64,000 nt of DNA from an uncultured delta proteobacterium (GCA_963754925.1 CAVWHX010000012.1:96001-160000), one strand, 5' to 3'. Positions 41,429 to 51,943 are shown, numbered from the stretch's first letter. Numbers and translations: made by a program. Notes: generated from the sequence alone by a model not told the origin.

Positions 41429-43048
41429 TCAATTGGAACGCATACAGCGCCCATAAGTCGGATTATTCGCATTCGTGTAACCTGGTGGAAGGTATTGGTC
41501 ATCTGCCCCAGTGCCGAAATCAACATACCATATATCACCATTTCCACTGTATGTGTTATTCGACCAGTATATACACAATGAAACCGATCCCCTAATACAA
41601 AGAGTTTCAGCTTCTGGAAAAGCGCACGTGTCTATAGCCGGGATAGTGTATGTTACAATAAGACTTTCCAACTGAGCCATTGTTGGGAGAGAATATCCAT
41701 ACTTCGAGCAATCCATATTATACCAAGTTCCTTCCTCTGACGTCCGCCTCCAAATGAGGTTGGTAGTATGGTCAACAACCTCATCGTAAGTTGGCAAACC
41801 TGGTCCCTCTATATTTATCTGGAATGTGTACCGATAAACACACTGCCCAGCAGTGCAAGTCGGCCCGCAGTGAGTATTAGAGTCATTTTGACATACCTGA
41901 CAAGGAGCCCCTCCTGCACCGCAGTTAGCAATGTCTGTACCACTCATACAGGTGTTTCCACTTAAGCAGCCACTACAAGGGCAGTCATTATCGTTGTTGT
42001 AGTTACAACCAGCCGGGCAGCAGCCGTCGCCGCTAGTACAGGCTGTTATCGTTTCATGGGTGCAGACGACATTACAAGTGGCAGCGCTTCCCGTCAATGT
42101 GTCAGTAGTACACGCGTTATTGTCGTCGCAGCTTGTTGGACACGAGCTCGGCGGATCACAGGTCTCTTTAGGGGGCTCGACCACACCGTTGCCGCAGCTG
42201 GCCGAGCAGTCATTATCGTTGTTGTAGTTACAACCAGCCGGGCAGCAGCCGTCTTCGATATTGCCACTGCACGCCGTGATCGGCGTGTTTACGCACGCTG
42301 CCGTGCAGGTGCCGGCGTTCTGTAGCTTCGAGGGGGTACAGGGGTCAGTGGTGGTGCAGGTCGTTGGGCAAGCGCCAGATTGATTAGCGGCAATTCCGGT
42401 GTCGCAGGTTTCGCCGCTCTCGACTACGCCGTTGCCGCACACGGGCTTGCAGTCACTATCGTTGTTTGCGTTACAACTAGCCGGGCAACAACCGTCGCCG
42501 TTAATACACTCAAGCGTGCAACCTGTTATCTTTATTTCATGATTAAATATCGCAATAGAGTTATCGACCCCTTTTACATCTGTTCCGTGTCTGGTGTTGT
42601 CTTTTACGGTAACTGTAATCGTTAGTGCATCACTATCGGTGGTTGGTTTGCTTGGATATTGAGTTGTCCCGTTACTGGTGTCATTCTGTAGCCAGGCCTT
42701 GGTATTGTCGCTGTCATCCTCTATGAGAACCAGCCACCCTAATTTGTTCTCATTATCATTTAGTTTTGCTAACGACCAGCTATATGGAGGAATACCGCCA
42801 CTTGCCGTCAACTCAACCTTATAATACTCGCCTACCGTGGCATCCTGCCAACTGACGGCATCGACCTTCACAGGTTGGTCTACTTCCTTACATTTCCCAC
42901 ACGCATCCATGGTGCATTCTGTGGACTTACCGTGGACCGGAACACATTGATCATTGCTGGTGCAGCAGTAATTGTCGTTGGTGGCGCACCCGGCTATCAT
43001 CGTCAGAGCCATGGCCATAATCGAATTAACCAAGATATTCTTTATCAT
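41429..43048 (-). CDS. Cys-rich repeat lipoprotein with an Ig-like domain and C-terminal DUF1566/Lcl-like domain
   Basis: Lipobox IAGC; ATVGEYY..LTASGGIPPYSW (Ig-like); CGNGVVE..ETCD and DGCCPAGCN..NDNDC repeats; VVDHTTNLIW..LPT..QL.SL..YWS..W.VDF..G..RC.R. Confidence 0.8.
   Translation of the reverse strand: MIKNILVNSIMAMALTMIAGCATNDNYCCTSNDQCVPVHGKSTECTMDACGKCKEVDQPVKVDAVSWQDATVGEYYKVELTASGGIPPYSWSLAKLNDNENKLGWLVLIEDDSDNTKAWLQNDTSNGTTQYPSKPTTDSDALTITVTVKDNTRHGTDVKGVDNSIAIFNHEIKITGCTLECINGDGCCPASCNANNDSDCKPVCGNGVVESGETCDTGIAANQSGACPTTCTTTDPCTPSKLQNAGTCTAACVNTPITACSGNIEDGCCPAGCNYNNDNDCSASCGNGVVEPPKETCDPPSSCPTSCDDNNACTTDTLTGSAATCNVVCTHETITACTSGDGCCPAGCNYNNDNDCPCSGCLSGNTCMSGTDIANCGAGGAPCQVCQNDSNTHCGPTCTAGQCVYRYTFQINIEGPGLPTYDEVVDHTTNLIWRRTSEEGTWYNMDCSKYGYSLPTMAQLESLIVTYTIPAIDTCAFPEAETLCIRGSVSLCIYWSNNTYSGNGDIWYVDFGTGADDQYLPPGYTNANNPTYGRCMRSN
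41981..42253. repeat. Intragenic 48-bp perfect direct repeat (41981-42028 and 42206-42253), with a diverged third copy near 42450-42497
   Basis: GCAGTCATTATCGTTGTTGTAGTTACAACCAGCCGGGCAGCAGCCGTC occurs twice. Confidence 0.85.
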
Positions 43049-43246
43049 AAGTCTTACTCCAGATCGGTATTATAGTGTTATACTCTTATCAACCTAATCT
43101 AACCTAAGTCCTAACATGTGTTATAGATTATAGCTTCCTCCTTGATAACCGTCAACGATAATTCGTAATCCACCCTTGACCTATCCTTAATTGATTTCGA
43201 GCCATGTTGAGTGGATAGTTGCTTCAAAATTCTTGTAACTATTTAC

Positions 43247-43262
43247 AGCAATCGCTATGCCA
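43247..43262 (-). promoter_or_regulatory. Sigma54 -24/-12 promoter for the Cys-rich lipoprotein
   Basis: Minus strand TGGCAT-AGCGA-TTGCT. Confidence 0.7.
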
Positions 43263-43380
43263 TATTTTGAGGCAAAGGTAACTAGGTAGGCTTTTTATAT
43301 AACATATTATTATAAATAAGTATTTTTAGTAAACTCAATATTTGAATTTCTTTTTGTACGTGCTCTTCAACCCAACCTGC

Positions 43381-43417
43381 TGTCCGAGGTTCGTACAGAG
43401 GTGTCCGAAATTCGACA
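43381..43417. promoter_or_regulatory. Tandem putative enhancer-binding-protein sites
   Basis: TGTCCGAGGTTCGTACA and TGTCCGAAATTCGACA, 21 bp apart, about 120-155 bp upstream of the sigma54 motif. Confidence 0.5.
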
Positions 43418-43631
43418 TTTGCTATCGTTAACAAATACCATGGAACTTATAACTGCTTGACTTATTAGTTATTTATGTTTCCGTGTGCCGGATCCCAAAC
43501 AGTTCCCTGAGACTATTAGTCTATTTTTTTATCTGAAATAATCATAGTTTTCGACGAAAGAACTAAGCGTGTTTTTCGAGGTGGTCCATCATCGAGCTTT
43601 CAACACCTTAAGAGGCTGGTTTCGTGATTGT

Positions 43632-45320
43632 TTAATCGATATCTTTCCGCCGAAAACGTTCAGCAATAATATCGGCAACTCTGAAACTGTTGGCGATGAT
43701 AGTAGGGGTGGCGGGTGCGCCGCCGGAGGTCGGCATGAAGCTCCCATCGGTCACGTAAAGGTTTTTCACCTCGTGCGCCTGGCACGAGGGATCAAGAACC
43801 GATTGGCTTGGCTCGGTTCCAAATCGGCAGGTGCCGCCCTGCAGATGGTAGGTCGTCGTTCCCCAGGTCCAGGCGTTGACCTGTTTGGGAGCAGGTTTTA
43901 TCGCATTGAAGACATCCATCGATTGTTTCACCATCCACCGGCTGACCTCTTGATCCGCCGGATGATGCTTGATACTGATGCGCGCGGCGGGCAACCCGAA
44001 GCGATCCTTTACACCGGGGTCAAGGTCCATGGAGCAACCCTGCCAGGGTAAAAATTCACCGAAAATTTCGCATTCCATCCATATCTCGTCATGGAAATAC
44101 TGATGCATACGATCCTTGAGAGGCTGGCCCCAAAGGGCCCAATTTGAATCCAGGGCAAGGCGGACCGCGGCGTTTATGGGATTGGGATGATGAAATAAAA
44201 AGTTATAGGTGCCGCCTTTGGGGAGCGCCAAGCCGGCCTTTTCAATCCAATAATGATCCTGGCAGCTTCGTTGGAGAAACGGCAGACTCATACCCTCTAG
44301 GCCCAGCCGTGCGGTAAGCGCTTGACGATCGAAAATGGCGGTAGATTTTCCAAAGGTTGAAAATGTCAGGTTTTTGCCTACCAACCCGCTTCCGTTTGCC
44401 AATCCATGGGGAAAAGCGTTACCGGTTGAGAGCAATAAGAGCCTCGCGCTTTCGATGGCCGATGCCGCCAGAACAACCACCCGCGCAAATATCTCGCGCG
44501 TTGAACCATCGCGCTGGACGTACTCGACTGAATGCGCACGAGCGTGCTCATCTACGTTAATCCGACAAGCCATGCAGCCCGCTCTAATCTCGCAACGGCC
44601 GGTAGCCTCGGCTTCCGGGATCAAAGTCGAGAGCATCGAGGATTTCGAGCCGTTTTCGCAGCCGTACTCGCCGCAGAAGCCACAATAGTTACAGGGCGGT
44701 CGGCCACCGTACGCCCGTGACAACAGTGCGCGCTGCGTCGGAAAAGGATGGAGATGCAGCGAGCTACCTGCCTCGTCGATGAGCAAAGCCGCCGGATGCT
44801 GCCGCACGGCTGGTAGCGGAAAAGGCCTGCGGGGCGGCTCGAACGGGTTGGTGCCGGCCTGGCCAGACATGCCCAGAAGCACCTCGGCGCGATCATAGTA
44901 TGGGGTGAGCTCAGCGAGCGTCAGAGGCCAGTCGGCAAGCTGGGCGTCCGCAATGCCGCCTGTAAGGCTTTTCAGGCGCAGATCTTTTTCGTTGAAGCGG
45001 TATGAAAATCCGCTCATGTGAACGGTCCCGCCCCCCACGCACTGGCTAATCCAACCCTCGATGGTTCGATGTGCCTGGGTCTCGTCGCCCTTGCGAATGG
45101 TATGGGGATCGTCTTGGATAGAGGGGATGAAGAAATTGCGCCGGCAGATGGCGACTTCATCATGGGTGAAATCACGCACGGAATAGTACGGGCCTTTTTC
45201 CAATACCACCACCTGCGCGCCGGCCTGAGCCAAGGTGAGCGCCACCGGCGCCCCGCCCGCTCCGCTGCCAATCACGACCACGTCAACCGTGTCTTTCCGT
45301 GCGGGTATCCCCGGTGTCAT
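43632..45320 (-). CDS. GMC-family flavin oxidoreductase (gluconate 2-dehydrogenase large-subunit-like)
   Basis: VVVIGSGAGG, VGGGTVH, Cys cluster CNYCGFCGEYGC, H..GTCRFG, NLYVTDGSFMPT..PTPTIIAN. Its ATG overlaps the upstream TGA. Confidence 0.9.
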   Translation of the reverse strand: MTPGIPARKDTVDVVVIGSGAGGAPVALTLAQAGAQVVVLEKGPYYSVRDFTHDEVAICRRNFFIPSIQDDPHTIRKGDETQAHRTIEGWISQCVGGGTVHMSGFSYRFNEKDLRLKSLTGGIADAQLADWPLTLAELTPYYDRAEVLLGMSGQAGTNPFEPPRRPFPLPAVRQHPAALLIDEAGSSLHLHPFPTQRALLSRAYGGRPPCNYCGFCGEYGCENGSKSSMLSTLIPEAEATGRCEIRAGCMACRINVDEHARAHSVEYVQRDGSTREIFARVVVLAASAIESARLLLLSTGNAFPHGLANGSGLVGKNLTFSTFGKSTAIFDRQALTARLGLEGMSLPFLQRSCQDHYWIEKAGLALPKGGTYNFLFHHPNPINAAVRLALDSNWALWGQPLKDRMHQYFHDEIWMECEIFGEFLPWQGCSMDLDPGVKDRFGLPAARISIKHHPADQEVSRWMVKQSMDVFNAIKPAPKQVNAWTWGTTTYHLQGGTCRFGTEPSQSVLDPSCQAHEVKNLYVTDGSFMPTSGGAPATPTIIANSFRVADIIAERFRRKDID

Positions 45321-45850
45321 CACTTTGGCCTCGGTGCCCACCAACAGGGCTCGTACCCGATAAAGCGCCAGCCGACCTGATCGCGGTTGCCGCCGTACTT
45401 CGGGTCGGCTAAATATCCCTCCACGGTCAGTGTCAGAAGCCGCTGAAAGAACCCAAGGCTATCAAAACCCCTCTCCTTGATCTCACCTTTCTCAAACATC
45501 TTGAGCAGAGCGTCTTGGTGTTCCGGCGCGCATGCGGCAAAAACCTGGTTGTGGGCGGATTTGGCCTGCCGATCCAATACCTCGGCGCCAACCTTGAATT
45601 CGCGGCGCACGCCGGCAAATTCTCTCGTCTTCAACCAATACCGCAGATGGGCAGGCACCCCGGCCTGGTTTGCTCCAGGCAGTATTCGCTCCACGGCAGC
45701 TTGCAAGGCCGTCCAGTTATCAACCGAAAGCTCATGTTCCGGTCCGGGAGCTTGCTCCGGCGGCGGCTTGCCTTTTTTACTGCAGTTCGCAAGCAGCGCC
45801 GCGCCACTCCAACCGATCGCGCCCGAAAAAATCCGACGCCGGGTAACCAT
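45320..45850 (-). CDS. Gluconate 2-dehydrogenase subunit-3-like protein with Tat lipoprotein signal
   Basis: MVTRRRIF...LLANC; VERILPGA..AGV; TVEGYLADPKYGGNRD.VGW..IGY. Confidence 0.85.
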   Translation of the reverse strand: MVTRRRIFSGAIGWSGAALLANCSKKGKPPPEQAPGPEHELSVDNWTALQAAVERILPGANQAGVPAHLRYWLKTREFAGVRREFKVGAEVLDRQAKSAHNQVFAACAPEHQDALLKMFEKGEIKERGFDSLGFFQRLLTLTVEGYLADPKYGGNRDQVGWRFIGYEPCWWAPRPK

Positions 45851-46873
45851 TTAATACCGACCTCCCGGGTTTTCCTCATGGCATGCTACGCACGCCTTAC
45901 GATGCTCACCGACGAAGGGACACTCCCTGCGGTCGCCCGCCTCCGGTACTCCGGTCATATGGCAACGGCCGCAACGCAATTCGTCGCGGTACCAATCAAC
46001 GATATACACACAGCGGTGCCTAAAAGCGCCGCCGGCTTTCCCGGCCGGCCCGGCATGGCAGCTTATGCACGGCGCTTCGACGAGCGCGGTGCTCCGGCCG
46101 CGCAGGGTGCAGTTTGTCGGGCGCGGCAACACCAGGCTTTCAAGAAAAATCTGCAGATCGGTGAGCGCCTCTCTATCGCCGGCAAAGGTATGATGAAACG
46201 AAGGCATGGTCGAGCCCGGAAAGTTGGCAGTCGGATCAAGCAGGCTTTGTTCGAGGTATTTTAGGCTGTGACGCCCGATCGCGCGCAGATCCGGGCCGAA
46301 ATCCCAACCGCCGCGGCCCTCGCCGGAAAGCGGATGGCATCCATTGCAACCAAGCGTAAGAAACCGTTCGACACCTTTTGTGAGCCGCTCCATCCCCTTT
46401 CCATCGCCGGGCACATGGCAGCGGGCGCAACTCGCCTGCATATGCGGCGATGTCTGCAGCGGGTCCGTAGTATCAGTACCAGGTGCGGCATGAGCTACCG
46501 AAGGCGTAAGCGCCCGACCGGTCCCGCCGTGGCAGGCGCTGCAGCCGAATTGATCGGGCGGGTGCCCGGTCAGCGAAACGGAATGCCTTCGAAGCGGGAG
46601 GGGATAGGTCGCGCCAACCGGCGACTGATTATCTATCCCTCGGTGACAGGTGGTGCAGCGATCAACGTCGCCGGTGCACGCTTGGATCTGAATCAGGCCG
46701 TTTTCGTGGTCGACCCCGCCAGTCGCCAACGCGCGATAGCGTTCCTGATAGTGGCGCCAGGGTTGCGTAAGATCGCGGAACGCCACTATGGCACAGACCG
46801 CCGCGATGCACAGCGCGCCGCCGGCAAAAGCCCAGCGTAACCGCCGAGCGTCGTTTTTTGGATCAAGAGCCAC
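45851..46873 (-). CDS. Membrane-anchored multiheme cytochrome c (7 CxxCH)
   Basis: N-terminal TM; CTTCH, CSACH, CARCH, CNGCH, CISCH, CGRCH, CVACH; GPDL...MP cytochrome c motif. Confidence 0.9.
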   Translation of the reverse strand: MALDPKNDARRLRWAFAGGALCIAAVCAIVAFRDLTQPWRHYQERYRALATGGVDHENGLIQIQACTGDVDRCTTCHRGIDNQSPVGATYPLPLRRHSVSLTGHPPDQFGCSACHGGTGRALTPSVAHAAPGTDTTDPLQTSPHMQASCARCHVPGDGKGMERLTKGVERFLTLGCNGCHPLSGEGRGGWDFGPDLRAIGRHSLKYLEQSLLDPTANFPGSTMPSFHHTFAGDREALTDLQIFLESLVLPRPTNCTLRGRSTALVEAPCISCHAGPAGKAGGAFRHRCVYIVDWYRDELRCGRCHMTGVPEAGDRRECPFVGEHRKACVACHEENPGGRY

Positions 46874-48224
46874 CCGGCCAGCCCTCCCAAGGCCAATAAA
46901 ACTCCCACCCCGGCCCGCGGCACAATCCCATGAGCGTAAAACCCAGAAGCGCCACCGCCAAAACCAGAAACCCGGCGAGAAAAGCGTTTCGGCTTGATCC
47001 GGTCAAGCCGCCCGCGACCAGGGTTGCGACCACCGAGAGCGCGAGCATGCCGGCCGCCGGGTTGAACAAGTCCTGCAGCCAGTTACTCGGCAGTACGGCG
47101 CCGGCGCCACCCTGCCGCAGCTTTAAATATTCAAACAGCACGAAGAGAATCGCCGCCGCAGCAACCGTTATCGCCGCCGTCCGCCTGCCGGCCCGAGTTC
47201 CAAACCATCGTCCCGTTCCCCGGTCCTCGCGCTCGAAGAAGGGCAGCAGCAGCAACCCCAGTACCAGGCATCCCGGAAAAACAAACCCGCCGACCGGAGC
47301 CGAGTACGAAACCATTTCCTGAAGCCAGAGAAAATACCAGGGCGCCCGTTCGATATCGCCGGGATGATGCGGATCGGCCGGGGACCCCAGCGGGGCGTAA
47401 ACCACACTCGCCAGGACGAAGAACACCGCAACCACCCCCATGACCACGAGCGCCTCACGAAGGATAAGGTGCGGCCAGGCCGGGAGTGTCGGCAGCGATT
47501 GCCCGGGTTCGGCAGCGAGGCCATCATCCTTGCGAATACGCCACAGGTGCACGGTCAAAAGCACCAGCGCGGCGATCGGCAACAGCGCCACGTGCAGAAC
47601 ATAGAAACGCAGCAGGGTCGGTTGAGCCACCTGCGGACCGCCCAACAGCATTTCCTTCAAGAGCCTGCCCACGACCGGAATATGATCCAGCAAACTTACG
47701 GCTACGCTGACGGCCCAGTAGCTGAGCTGATCCCACGGCAGCAGGTAGCCGGTAAAAGCAAGCCCGAATGTCAGCCCAAGCAACGAAAGCCCAAAAAGCC
47801 AATTCAGGGCGCGTCGTCGGTAGGCGCCGGTGACGACGATACGCACGAGGTGTAACGCTACCGTGACCACCATGCCGTGCGCGGCAAAGCGATGGAGCGC
47901 GCGCACCCATGCGCCAAAGCTAACCGCATACTGAATGTCCTGAACGCTCGGATACGCATCGGCCGTGGTTGGCATATAGTAAAACATCAACAAAATGCCG
48001 GTGACCGTCAGCAGAAAAAACAACGTGGCGGTGATAATTCCCAACCCCAACGTCAGCCAGGGACTCAGGGCTCGCTCGGTAACCCGTAGGGGGTGCAGGT
48101 GCAGGATAAACTTCTGACGCATCCGATGCGTGGTGTCTTGGTAAGCGACGGGACACAACTCCTCCTTGAGGTTTGCCGGGAGCTTGATCAGGTTGCCCCA
48201 GAGCGTGCTTAAGAAAACACTCAC
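46863..48224 (-). CDS. Cytochrome b of a Rieske/cyt b complex (b6-like and subunit-IV-like parts fused)
   Basis: [64 protein letters not shown]. Confidence 0.9.
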   Translation of the reverse strand: MSVFLSTLWGNLIKLPANLKEELCPVAYQDTTHRMRQKFILHLHPLRVTERALSPWLTLGLGIITATLFFLLTVTGILLMFYYMPTTADAYPSVQDIQYAVSFGAWVRALHRFAAHGMVVTVALHLVRIVVTGAYRRRALNWLFGLSLLGLTFGLAFTGYLLPWDQLSYWAVSVAVSLLDHIPVVGRLLKEMLLGGPQVAQPTLLRFYVLHVALLPIAALVLLTVHLWRIRKDDGLAAEPGQSLPTLPAWPHLILREALVVMGVVAVFFVLASVVYAPLGSPADPHHPGDIERAPWYFLWLQEMVSYSAPVGGFVFPGCLVLGLLLLPFFEREDRGTGRWFGTRAGRRTAAITVAAAAILFVLFEYLKLRQGGAGAVLPSNWLQDLFNPAAGMLALSVVATLVAGGLTGSSRNAFLAGFLVLAVALLGFTLMGLCRGPGWEFYWPWEGWPGGS

Positions 48225-48754
48225 GACTGTTTGTCCTTCGTCGGCAAGACTCCGAGCACCGAGTCACTGCGCGCGAGGGGTGACGGCGCTGGCGATACCT
48301 CACTGCCGACATCAACCCAGACCCGTCCGTCTGATTCCAACCATACGTGATACCACGGCAGCGGCCGACGGGCCGGCCCGGAAAGCACCTGTCCGCGAGC
48401 ATCATAACGCGCGCCATGACAAGGACACAGAAATCCCTCGGCCGTTCGGCGTACGACACACCCCAGGTGGGTGCAGCGCGTGGAAAATGCTCCGAGACCC
48501 ATCTCATCGCGCACCACAAACAGCTCGTTTTCGCGGAGCCAGGTTAGGGTGCCTACCCGGAAGTCCGACAACCGTCCGATGGGATAGATACGGGGAGGAC
48601 CCACGGCAATCCCCGGTCGCAAAAAACGTCCCGTGCCCAACAGAGCGGCGACGCTCGCCGAACCCAGCAGCCACCGGCTGATCCTCAGTAACACATCCCG
48701 CCGACTGAGCGACTCTCGGGCAAGGTCTGATGGGTCTTCGTTTTGCCGCGCCAT
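48221..48754 (-). CDS. Rieske 2Fe-2S protein
   Basis: Tat-like SRRDVL plus TM; CTHLGC and CPCHGARY boxes; GPARRPL. Confidence 0.9.
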   Translation of the reverse strand: MARQNEDPSDLARESLSRRDVLLRISRWLLGSASVAALLGTGRFLRPGIAVGPPRIYPIGRLSDFRVGTLTWLRENELFVVRDEMGLGAFSTRCTHLGCVVRRTAEGFLCPCHGARYDARGQVLSGPARRPLPWYHVWLESDGRVWVDVGSEVSPAPSPLARSDSVLGVLPTKDKQS

Positions 48755-48791
48755 GCGCCGAACAGCCTTTCTAGAAGTATCGAAATCCAGT

Positions 48792-51212
48792 TTAGGGGAA
48801 GTCGCGGCGCCCGGCAAGGATTGCGCCAGACCCGACAGTCAGCGCCGCAGCCAGGTACGCCGACACGCCCAGCGCGAAAACGGCCGTATAGCCCAATGTC
48901 ATCCCGCATACCACCGCGGCAATCGAGCCTACCACGGAGGCAAACCCGTTTATACCCCATGCCCAACTGACTCGTTCGGGATAGCCCGCTTGAAGCCGGC
49001 GCACCATAAGCGGAAACGGCATGCCCATCACAAACCCAATCGGGGCGAGCACCAAGACGGCCAACGCGATGCGCCCGATTTCCGACCACGCGAGCGTCGC
49101 CGATACGACGGCCGGGAACGAAACAGCGCTGATACCCGCGCAGCCTCCCGCCACCAGGCAGGCGAGCAAGGGTGCGGCTTCCCGGCTCAGACGTCGCGAC
49201 CAGGCGCTGCCCAAACCAGAACAGATGAGGAGGGTACCGAGGACCGTTGAAAAAACCACCACCGGACGGCCCAGGTACAGCGTCAGGCGTTGGATCAGGC
49301 CGACCTCAATGACCATGTACGCCAACCCCAGGAAACTGAACGCTAGTAAGGTCCGTAACCGTCCCCTGCCAACCAGCGCCCGTCTCCGAAACAGAAGCAA
49401 TGGCATGACAATAAAAAGCGCTGCGAGGAACGTCACCTGGATCAACAAGACGAGAAGCGCCGCCTCAGCCACCGGGCGATCTTCCAACGCCAGCCGAGCG
49501 TCAACGCCTTCCGAAAAGACTCCGAACAGATCTTCAAGCCGCAACTGGTTGAGCGCAACCCGGCGGTTGAAAAACGGGCTGTCGTCGGTTGCAGGCTCCA
49601 GGATTGCTGGAAAAGGCACCGCCACTGAGAATGGATCTTTTGCGGTGACGATTGCTTCGTAGGGCGCTGCTGCAATCCGTCCGGGGAGAAAAAGCGGGAT
49701 AAGGTTGCGTTGCTGGAGAAGCCGCTCAAAGGCGCTCACTTCTTCGGGTAGAAACGGTTGGTTACTCCAGGCCAGCCCGGCGTAAAAGCTTTGGCCGGGT
49801 CCGGGGGCGCGCCAGGCCAGGAGGCGCTGTGGCAGGTCTCGATCAGCGTGCGCATCGGACACGACCCGGATGGTCGCGAACAAACGCGGCAGGTGCGCTT
49901 CCGGCCTTGTTACCACTACCACCCCGGAGGGGTTGAGGTGCTCTCGGTAATCCTCAAACGCTTCTCGCGTCATCAGGTGGTTTTCGGAAAGGCTCAGCGA
50001 GCCCGACGCCAGCGCGGCGTTGGAAATGGTATGCGGCAGATGGATGACGTCAAAGCGCTCGGTCGAGCGCCGTAAAAAAGACCGGGCTTCGTCAGTGATC
50101 GCGGTCACGCGCGGATGTTGATACAGATGGCCGGTATAATTGGCCATGCGCGTGGTCACAAGCTCGTTGATAGTCGGGTTGATCTCCACCGCGGTTACCC
50201 GGGCGGCCCCGCTACGCACCGCCAGCAACACCTCGCGACCGCCACCCGACCCGACCACCAGAACCTTGGCGGAGGAATACCGGCGAATAAAAAAGGACTC
50301 CTCATCGTCGGCCGGGCCGAGCCGGTCGATCGGCCCTTCGGGATGCGCCAGGCGCGTAACGGCGGTACCGGCGTCGATGAGCACGACCCGCTGCCGCTGG
50401 GTCTGGATCACGTCGATGCGTGAGAGCGTGTTCCACCCGGTGAATAGATGAAAGCGCGGGTCATCCAATACCTGCGCAACCGGCACGCCGCCACCCGTTA
50501 CCTTATGCTCGCTGATGCGCACCGGGAACACCTGTTCGGCAACCGGCAGCACCATGAGCAAGAGAGCGCCGAGGACGCCAGCCGCGATAACAAAGGCGCG
50601 CCCGGCGTGCCACGTCAAGAGTATCGCCCCAACGGCCGCGAGCAGAGCCGCTGCGACGACCGTTCCCGATCCGCCGAGCAGCGGCAAGAGCGGCGCCGCC
50701 AGCACGCTGCCCACCCCGGCTCCGAGCAAATCAAACAGATAGAGGCGGTGCACCGAGGCGGCATAGCGGCTCAGCACAGCCGCAATCGCGCCGCCTGCTG
50801 CGAAGAACGGCGCTGTCACCGACAGGTAGGCCAGCGTCAGGTACAACCATTGAATCGGCTGGCTGCCGAGGGAAAACGGCTCGAACGGCACCTGGTTGAA
50901 CAACCAGTAGCCGCCGGCAAACGCTATCGGCGCAGCCAGGGCAAAGGCGGCGGCCACGCTAGGGCTCGGATTACCGGCGTTGCGTCCGAGCGCCAACACA
51001 ACACCCGCGAATCCGAACCCAAATAGCGCGGTTGAGACCACCATGAAGGCAAAGGGGTACCAGAGCGTCACCGAGAGCACCCGGGTTAGGACCACCTCAA
51101 GCAGCAGCGTGGCGGCCGACAACAGCAACAACCCGGGAAATACCATCTTGGGGACAGCGAGGCTGTCAGATCGTTCGTTGTGGTTGCAAGCTTGCAGCGA
51201 ACCGGTATCCAT
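48792..51212 (-). CDS. Polytopic membrane protein with a central spermidine-synthase-like SAM-dependent domain
   Basis: N- and C-terminal TM bundles ([34 protein letters not shown]); [31 protein letters not shown]. Confidence 0.85.
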   Translation of the reverse strand: MDTGSLQACNHNERSDSLAVPKMVFPGLLLLSAATLLLEVVLTRVLSVTLWYPFAFMVVSTALFGFGFAGVVLALGRNAGNPSPSVAAAFALAAPIAFAGGYWLFNQVPFEPFSLGSQPIQWLYLTLAYLSVTAPFFAAGGAIAAVLSRYAASVHRLYLFDLLGAGVGSVLAAPLLPLLGGSGTVVAAALLAAVGAILLTWHAGRAFVIAAGVLGALLLMVLPVAEQVFPVRISEHKVTGGGVPVAQVLDDPRFHLFTGWNTLSRIDVIQTQRQRVVLIDAGTAVTRLAHPEGPIDRLGPADDEESFFIRRYSSAKVLVVGSGGGREVLLAVRSGAARVTAVEINPTINELVTTRMANYTGHLYQHPRVTAITDEARSFLRRSTERFDVIHLPHTISNAALASGSLSLSENHLMTREAFEDYREHLNPSGVVVVTRPEAHLPRLFATIRVVSDAHADRDLPQRLLAWRAPGPGQSFYAGLAWSNQPFLPEEVSAFERLLQQRNLIPLFLPGRIAAAPYEAIVTAKDPFSVAVPFPAILEPATDDSPFFNRRVALNQLRLEDLFGVFSEGVDARLALEDRPVAEAALLVLLIQVTFLAALFIVMPLLLFRRRALVGRGRLRTLLAFSFLGLAYMVIEVGLIQRLTLYLGRPVVVFSTVLGTLLICSGLGSAWSRRLSREAAPLLACLVAGGCAGISAVSFPAVVSATLAWSEIGRIALAVLVLAPIGFVMGMPFPLMVRRLQAGYPERVSWAWGINGFASVVGSIAAVVCGMTLGYTAVFALGVSAYLAAALTVGSGAILAGRRDFP

Positions 51213-51442
51213 AGATGTTATCAGTGTACCTACGAAACCAACAGCTGTACAATAATCTGAAAGTGCGGATAAGCCCTAAAGGGGTAAGAGATTCTAAACC
51301 GCACGCCGTTCGGTAAGAATCTCTAACCTATAGGACAAGAGACTGTACGCAACGCTTCGCTTGCTACAGTCTCTAGAAACCACTCCGCAAACTTCTTCGG
51401 TTCGAAGCTTAAAGGCGGTAATAAGAACAGAGTGATCTTAAC

Positions 51443-51922
51443 CTATGGGGTGATTAGATCGACTCGGGCAAAATAATGTACGTACGCGTCAGATACTATC
51501 TCGATAAGATGATCGCCGGCCTGGCTCACTGTTTTTTCCTGCGAAAATACGCGATCCCCGCCGGCCATGGAAAAGATGTCGTCAACGCCGCCGCTCTGAT
51601 AGGATTGTATGTTGCCGCCGCAGCCGGGTTCGTACCAGATGATCGTGGTGTTTTCGCCCGGATTAATCTCTGTTTCGAAAAATAATTTGACTACAATGGT
51701 GGTGTTCGCCGGAGTGGTGACCACAAAGCTGATGGTGCCCGGAAGGTCGCCTTCGATGTAGGTCGACTCCCCCATGAGGCAACCGGCGGTGGTTTCACAA
51801 ACCGGAATGTTTTCCTGACAGGACACCTCATCGGCTCCGGCAATGAAATCCCCTTCGTCTAGCCCACAGGCGGATATGAGCAGTAACCCCACGATTGAAT
51901 AAAAAACTCGTCTTCGGTTCAC
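51443..51922 (-). CDS. mtsF: MtsF-like lipoprotein
   Basis: Lipobox ISAC; DFIAG..SC..PVC.TTAGCL...YIEG.LPG..YEPGC; last gene of the mts-like run. The symbol is from recalled resemblance. Confidence 0.6.
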   Translation of the reverse strand: MNRRRVFYSIVGLLLISACGLDEGDFIAGADEVSCQENIPVCETTAGCLMGESTYIEGDLPGTISFVVTTPANTTIVVKLFFETEINPGENTTIIWYEPGCGGNIQSYQSGGVDDIFSMAGGDRVFSQEKTVSQAGDHLIEIVSDAYVHYFARVDLITP

Positions 51923-51943
51923 GGCATCCTCACTCGATTGGCC

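Noticed and set aside
41981..42500. Direct repeats as a possible CRISPR array
   Set aside because: The 48-bp repeats are in-frame coding for Cys-rich protein repeats, with ~180-200 bp gaps and no cas genes.
43142..43155. FNR-like TTGAT-AACC-GTCAA box
   Set aside because: A single imperfect match lying downstream of the sigma54 promoter in AT-rich DNA; insufficient support.
43049..51442. Prophage or integrative element explaining the high-GC cassette
   Set aside because: No integrase, transposase, tRNA target or flanking direct repeats were seen.
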